Source of the DNA: an uncultured bacterium
GTDB lineage: Bacteria > Cyanobacteriota > Vampirovibrionia > Gastranaerophilales > Gastranaerophilaceae
NCBI GenBank assembly: GCA_949284155.1
Contig: CASDVD010000024.1
Span: forward strand, 1-61,773
Length of the DNA: 61,773 nucleotides
Reading direction: 5' to 3'
Shown here: positions 57,726-61,773 of the stretch, in pieces
How the letters are laid out: every line of letters starts with the position of its first letter
How positions within the stretch are numbered: the stretch's first letter is position 1
Position numbers and translations under genes: made by a program
Notes under the pieces: model-generated
What the model was told of the DNA's origin: nothing
What the model saw: the letters and a program-made list of their open reading frames with translations, nothing else
Database searches by the model: none

Positions 57726-57754
57726 ATTCTATATTCAACATAAAAAAACGTCAA
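57726..57754 (-). promoter_or_regulatory. Sigma-70-like promoter for the leader transcript (TTGACG-N17-TAGAAT)
   Basis: On the minus strand: -35 TTGACG (57749-57754), a 17-nt spacer, and -10 TAGAAT (57726-57731). Confidence 0.5.
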
Positions 57755-57877
57755 TAAGAAAATTTGCTGATTAATGCGGGAAAATAAACTTCTGCTGTTA
57801 ATATAGAAGTTTATTTATGTTAATTATCATTTTATAATATAGCTAAATTTGTGCAATGGATTCGGAACTATCAAAAG

Positions 57878-58411
57878 ATGCTTTATAAATCAAGTTATAA
57901 GTCGCCAATAGGAAATTTGATGCTTGCCAGTGACGGTGAAAACCTTATAGGTTTATGGTTAGAAGGTCAAAAATATTTTTGTGCGACTATTTCGGAACCG
58001 ATTTATGAAAACAATTCTTTGAAAATATTTGCCGATACAAAAAAATGGCTGGACAAATATTTTGCTCAGCAGAAACCTGATATATGCGAATTACCTCTGC
58101 TGCCGTCAGGGAACGAGTTTCGTCAGTCCGTATGGAAAATTTTATGTGAAATTCCGTATGGAGAAGTCACTACTTACGGAAGAATTGCAAAAAAGATTGC
58201 AAAACAGCGTGGTCTGTTAACCATGTCTGCGCAGGCTGTCGGCGGTGCTGTGGGGCACAATCCTATTTCGATTATTATTCCATGTCATCGTGTTGTCGGA
58301 CGAAACGGTTGCTTGACCGGATACGCTGGCGGCATTGAGAAGAAGGTTGAGCTGCTTCGCCTGGAGGGTGCGGATGTATCTTTGTTTTTTGCTCCCCAAA
58401 ATGCTAAATAA
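57878..58411 (+). CDS. ogt: Methylated-DNA--protein-cysteine methyltransferase
   Basis: Active site IIIPCHRVVG. YGEVTTYGRIAK helix-turn-helix region. Start moved to the ATG at 57878. Confidence 0.88.
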   Translation: MLYKSSYKSPIGNLMLASDGENLIGLWLEGQKYFCATISEPIYENNSLKIFADTKKWLDKYFAQQKPDICELPLLPSGNEFRQSVWKILCEIPYGEVTTYGRIAKKIAKQRGLLTMSAQAVGGAVGHNPISIIIPCHRVVGRNGCLTGYAGGIEKKVELLRLEGADVSLFFAPQNAK

Positions 58412-58668
58412 TAAACTTGTTTTTGTTGTTACTTACATGTAATATTGATTTGTGCTCTGTATAGATTTTGTGTAATATACAAACTGTAAACTGACAATGC
58501 TGGACAAAAGAGTTCTTCTTATAAAATTTGATTGGGATTTTGAATTGGAAGACGAGAAAGATATAACCGGAGATAATGCAATCTTTTGTTATTTATTCAA
58601 TATTTTATGAGGAAGCAAGAGTAATTTCTGCTAAAAAGTAAAAGGTACATTTGCAGTTGATTAAGAAT

Positions 58669-58692
58669 ATAACCTGATATCTGCGGCATAAA
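58669..58692 (+). repeat. Left copy of a direct repeat flanking the recombinase gene (ATAACCtgATATCTGCGgcaTAAA)
   Basis: Shares ATAACC, ATATCTGCG and TAAA blocks, in the same order and orientation, with 59309-59328. Also part of the local inverted repeat TATAACC...GGTTATA. Confidence 0.55.
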
Positions 58693-58721
58693 TGTTGGTT
58701 ATACCTATAGGAGTTATTAAG

Positions 58722-59261
58722 ATGAATATTGTAGAGCCAATCAGAAAAAAACAGGATATTGCTAAAGTAGAAAATATATTGCGTCAAAATAAAAGAGACT
58801 TGCTTTTCTTTGTTATGGGAATCAACAGCGGGCTGCGTATATCTGATATACTCGCTCTGGATGTGAAAGATGTGCATAATGTATCGCATATTGAGGTTGT
58901 TGAAAAAAAGACAGACAAACGTAAGAAATTTTTTGTGAATTCAAAACTAAGGCCGATGATTGCAGAATTTATCAAAGGCAGGAAGGATGATGAACCGCTA
59001 TTTTTATCCCGTTTCGGCAATCGGCTGAATCGGATACGGGCATATGAGATTGTTAATTTTGCATGTAAAAAATCCGGAATAAAATATAAAGTCGGCACTC
59101 ACACATTGCGTAAAACATTCGGGTATCATCATTACCGGCAGTTTAAAGATGTGGCATTGCTCCAGAGAATTTTCAACCATTCAAGTCCTTGTGTAACAAT
59201 GAGGTATATTGGCATAGAACAAGATAACATAGATGCAAGCTACAAAAAATTTATTCTTTGA
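58722..59261 (+). CDS. Minimal tyrosine recombinase (catalytic domain only, about 180 aa)
   Basis: Catalytic residues are recognisable: NSGLRISD (Arg I), GTHTLRKTFG (HxxR), NHSSPCVTMRYI (His/Tyr). Start at the ATG at 58722 after an AGGAG RBS. No N-terminal core-binding domain. Confidence 0.82.
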   Translation: MNIVEPIRKKQDIAKVENILRQNKRDLLFFVMGINSGLRISDILALDVKDVHNVSHIEVVEKKTDKRKKFFVNSKLRPMIAEFIKGRKDDEPLFLSRFGNRLNRIRAYEIVNFACKKSGIKYKVGTHTLRKTFGYHHYRQFKDVALLQRIFNHSSPCVTMRYIGIEQDNIDASYKKFIL

Positions 59262-59308
59262 GCAAGGTGCAGTAAATTAAAAAATGACCTGAAAACTCAG
59301 AAAAAATG

Positions 59309-59328
59309 ATAACCAATATCTGCGTAAA
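59309..59328 (+). repeat. Right copy of the direct repeat flanking the recombinase gene (ATAACCaATATCTGCGTAAA)
   Basis: See the left copy. Located between the recombinase stop and its terminator. Confidence 0.55.
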
Positions 59329-59377
59329 CAGACACTTCAGGTATGCTCAACCGAATTTTTATTGTATATAGAACAAA

Positions 59378-59400
59378 AAGACGTTTCATAAACGTCTTTT
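59378..59400 (+). terminator. Rho-independent terminator after the recombinase
   Basis: AAGACGTTT-CAT-AAACGTCTT followed by TT(G). Confidence 0.5.
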
Positions 59401-59691
59401 GAAAAATGGGGCGGCAAATTGGAACATGCTGCAACCTTTAGCTGTTTTTATCGCAAAAGAATTTAAGAACATACCGATAGAGGAAATACGTTGTTTTCTT
59501 GCAGAGTCTTAAACTTGTCGGATTATAAGAAGTTCAATGCGCCTAATTATTGTATTTATTTTTTATGATAATAATTAAAAAAATATTAATTTTTATCGTT
59601 ATTTGAATTTAATACGTTACCATAAAAATAGATTGCTTAGTTAAACTAGACTATTAATTTTAGCATCTGAATAAAATGTGGAAGGAGTAAA

Positions 59692-61512
59692 ATGAAAGAT
59701 TTTTTCAAAGTTGTTAAACCCAATATAGCAAATAATGATAACCTTAGAGACCCTCAAAAATATGGATATGAAGCAATTGAACAATCTACTGAAGAAAAAG
59801 AAATTGGAATTGTTTTACCTGTAGGCTGTGGGAAATCAGGATTAATTGCATTAACTCCATTTGCATACAAAGCCAACAGAGTTTTAATCATTGCCCCATT
59901 TGTAAAATTAGCTGAACAACTACATGATGATTTTGACCCTACGACAGGAGAAATATTCTATCATAAAAGGCAGGTAGTCTGTGATGATTCTTTTGCAGAA
60001 CCAGTACTTATCCGTGGAACAAGCGTAAATATGGCTGATTTAGATGAAGCTGATGTTGTCGTTGCAAATATACAACAATTACAAGGTGGAAACAATAGAT
60101 GGTTAACAACGTTACCAACCGACTATTTCGATTTAATATTGTTTGATGAAGCTCATCACAATGTAGCCGAAAGTTGGGAAATCTTGCGGAAAAAATTTCC
60201 CGAAGCAAAAATTGTTAATTACAGTGCAACACCTTGTCGCGCTGACGGAAAAATTATGTCTGGTAAGATAATTTATTCCTATTCTATATTTGATGCAATA
60301 CAAAAAGGTTATGTCAAAGAATTAAAAGCCTTAATGTTAAATCCTGCAACTCTAAAATATGTCCGAATTGATGATGAAACACAGACAGAAATTGAAGTTT
60401 CAAGAGAGGAAGTTCTCAAATTAGGAGAAGAAGATGCAGATTTTAGACGTAGTATAGTTACATCAAAAGAAACATTAAATACTATTGTTGATGCCTCTAT
60501 CAGAGAATTAAACCGAATTAGAGAAATTACAAAAGACAACAAACATAAAATAATTGCATCTGCCTTAAATTACCGCCATTGCCATCAAATTGTAGCAGCT
60601 TACGAAGCAAGGGGAATGAGGGTAGATTATGTTCATAGTAAAAGACTGGAAAAGGATGCAAATAAAATTGTTCTTGAAAAATTAGAAAAACATGAATTAG
60701 ATGTAATTGTACAAGTTAGAAAACTGGGAGAAGGTTTTGACCATCCGTACTTATCTGTAGCAGCTATATTTAGTATTTTTAGCAACCTGTCACCATTTGT
60801 CCAGTTTGTTGGTAGAATAATGAGGGTTGTTGACCAAAATAATCCAAGCAGTTTGAACAACAAGGGAACTGTTATCTTTCATGCAGGAAGTAATATCGCA
60901 AGCAAGTGGTCCGATTTTCAACATTTTAGTGGTGCCGATAAAGATTACTTCGAACAACTTCTTCCTCTTGTAGAAGAAACAGATTTTATAAGTAATTCAG
61001 GTACATCTGATGCTGAAATTATTCCAAAGCAAAGAAGTCGATATAAACGAGAATTAGAAATCAAAACACAAGCGGGTGTTACAATCGATGAAATTCCATT
61101 AATTTTAGACAAAAACTTAATGCAATTAATTCAAATAGGTGTATCTGATGAAAAAATTATGGAAAGGTTACAAGAATTAAGAAATACTGTTATAGAACAC
61201 AAACCTCTCTTAACTACAAAAGTTAAAAAAAGACAAGCTGACAGAAAGTCTTTAGATAAGACCGTAAAAGTTATAGCCGCAGAAATGTTAGAAGTTCATG
61301 GAGAAAACCCTGGTCATAAAAATCTTTCGAAGTCTCCATCTGTTACAAATTTTATATTTATCAAAAAGTTACTAGACGAAAAAATTGCTAAATTTTTAGG
61401 TCGAAAATTAGGAGAACGATTTGAGTATAGTCAAAAAGAATTAGATGCAATATTTGATAATTTGGACAATATAGCAGCTGATATAGAAAAAGAGGTGTTT
61501 CCAAATGGCTAA
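59692..61512 (+). CDS. Superfamily 2 DEAH-box helicase (type III restriction Res / SSL2-like core) with an uncharacterised 170-aa C-terminal extension
   Basis: Motif I LPVGCGKSG, II FDEAHH, III YSATPCRADG, V/VI KLGEGFDHPYL and QFVGRIMR. GGAG RBS. Pro codons are almost all CCA/CCT, whereas CCG-rich usage is seen in core genes such as pyrG. Confidence 0.85.
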   Translation: MKDFFKVVKPNIANNDNLRDPQKYGYEAIEQSTEEKEIGIVLPVGCGKSGLIALTPFAYKANRVLIIAPFVKLAEQLHDDFDPTTGEIFYHKRQVVCDDSFAEPVLIRGTSVNMADLDEADVVVANIQQLQGGNNRWLTTLPTDYFDLILFDEAHHNVAESWEILRKKFPEAKIVNYSATPCRADGKIMSGKIIYSYSIFDAIQKGYVKELKALMLNPATLKYVRIDDETQTEIEVSREEVLKLGEEDADFRRSIVTSKETLNTIVDASIRELNRIREITKDNKHKIIASALNYRHCHQIVAAYEARGMRVDYVHSKRLEKDANKIVLEKLEKHELDVIVQVRKLGEGFDHPYLSVAAIFSIFSNLSPFVQFVGRIMRVVDQNNPSSLNNKGTVIFHAGSNIASKWSDFQHFSGADKDYFEQLLPLVEETDFISNSGTSDAEIIPKQRSRYKRELEIKTQAGVTIDEIPLILDKNLMQLIQIGVSDEKIMERLQELRNTVIEHKPLLTTKVKKRQADRKSLDKTVKVIAAEMLEVHGENPGHKNLSKSPSVTNFIFIKKLLDEKIAKFLGRKLGERFEYSQKELDAIFDNLDNIAADIEKEVFPNG

Positions 61513-61735
61513 GATGAAAAATCTTATTTTAAAATGCCAAATAGAAACAGCTCAAAGGAAACATTATTGTAACCATAACAAAAAACATATAATTTCAAGA
61601 GGTGAATTACGCCTTGCTATAACCCTAAACGATGGACGTGCTACAAAAATTTATTACTGTAAAGAATGTGCACTAAAAATGATTGAGCAAGCTAAGTTAG
61701 ACCTTTGTAGGCTTGAAAGCTGTATTAAATTATAA
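61505..61735 (+). CDS. Small Cys/His-containing hypothetical protein (possible zinc ribbon), translationally coupled to the helicase
   Basis: 76 aa with KCQ..HYCNHNKKH...YYCKECALKM. 8-nt overlap with the helicase stop. Confidence 0.5.
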   Translation: MAKMKNLILKCQIETAQRKHYCNHNKKHIISRGELRLAITLNDGRATKIYYCKECALKMIEQAKLDLCRLESCIKL

Positions 61736-61773
61736 CTATTAATACCTTTAAAGCTAAGCTTTAAGCAGGCTTA

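Noticed and set aside
59402-59512. Short open frame ...NWNMLQPLAVFIAKEFKNIPIEEIRCFLAES-stop after the recombinase terminator. It could be the 3' remnant of a gene disrupted by island insertion.
   Set aside because: Only about 36 codons are open, with no recognisable domain and no start context. It cannot be distinguished from chance without a database search.
1-61773. CRISPR arrays, rRNA/tRNA genes, reverse transcriptase/DGR or retron elements, and transposase genes.
   Set aside because: No regularly spaced direct repeats, no conserved rRNA/tRNA motifs, and no RT or transposase-like ORFs were seen on either strand. The only mobile-element hallmark is the small tyrosine recombinase at 58722-59261.

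Overview
AT-rich (by eye about one-third G+C) bacterial chromosomal window, densely packed with housekeeping genes. I recognised no rRNA, tRNA or CRISPR array.

Recognisable content:
- Hydrogenase: a trimeric NADH-type [FeFe] hydrogenase operon (hydC-hydB-hydA) and a separate hydE maturase.
- Information processing and core metabolism: dnaA, polA, ftsH, pyrG, surE, purB, ribD, trpS, nadE, queE, rpsT, a cyanobacterial-looking rpoZ, and mini-RNase III.
- Cell envelope: glycosyltransferase and GtrA genes.
- Motility and signalling: flhA followed by a PilZ protein, a sensor kinase and an HD-GYP response regulator. There is also a separate GAF-GGDEF cyclase.

The gene mix (flagellar export, bifurcating-type hydrogenase, omega-like subunit) fits a fermentative anaerobe. 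It could be a non-photosynthetic cyanobacterial relative (Melainabacteria/Vampirovibrionia), but that placement is only an inference.

Most interesting signals:
1. A complete, classical-looking tryptophan leader-peptide attenuator upstream of an uncharacterised Trp-free membrane protein plus sensor-kinase operon (about 57608-57754, minus strand). It has a promoter, a 15-codon ORF ending NWWRL-stop, and 1:2 / 2:3 / 3:4 alternative hairpins with a U-tract.
2. A translationally coupled pair of WYL-domain regulators with a YraN-type nuclease (33512-35730).
3. A three-member paralogous family of W-free membrane proteins with an RKQNxAFG N-terminal motif (37246-39172 and 56426-57577).
4. A catalytic-domain-only tyrosine recombinase flanked by about 20-bp direct repeats. 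It is followed by a compositionally foreign SF2 helicase plus small Cys/His protein that runs off the window end (58669-61773).

All calls rest on motif recognition by eye; no database search was run.
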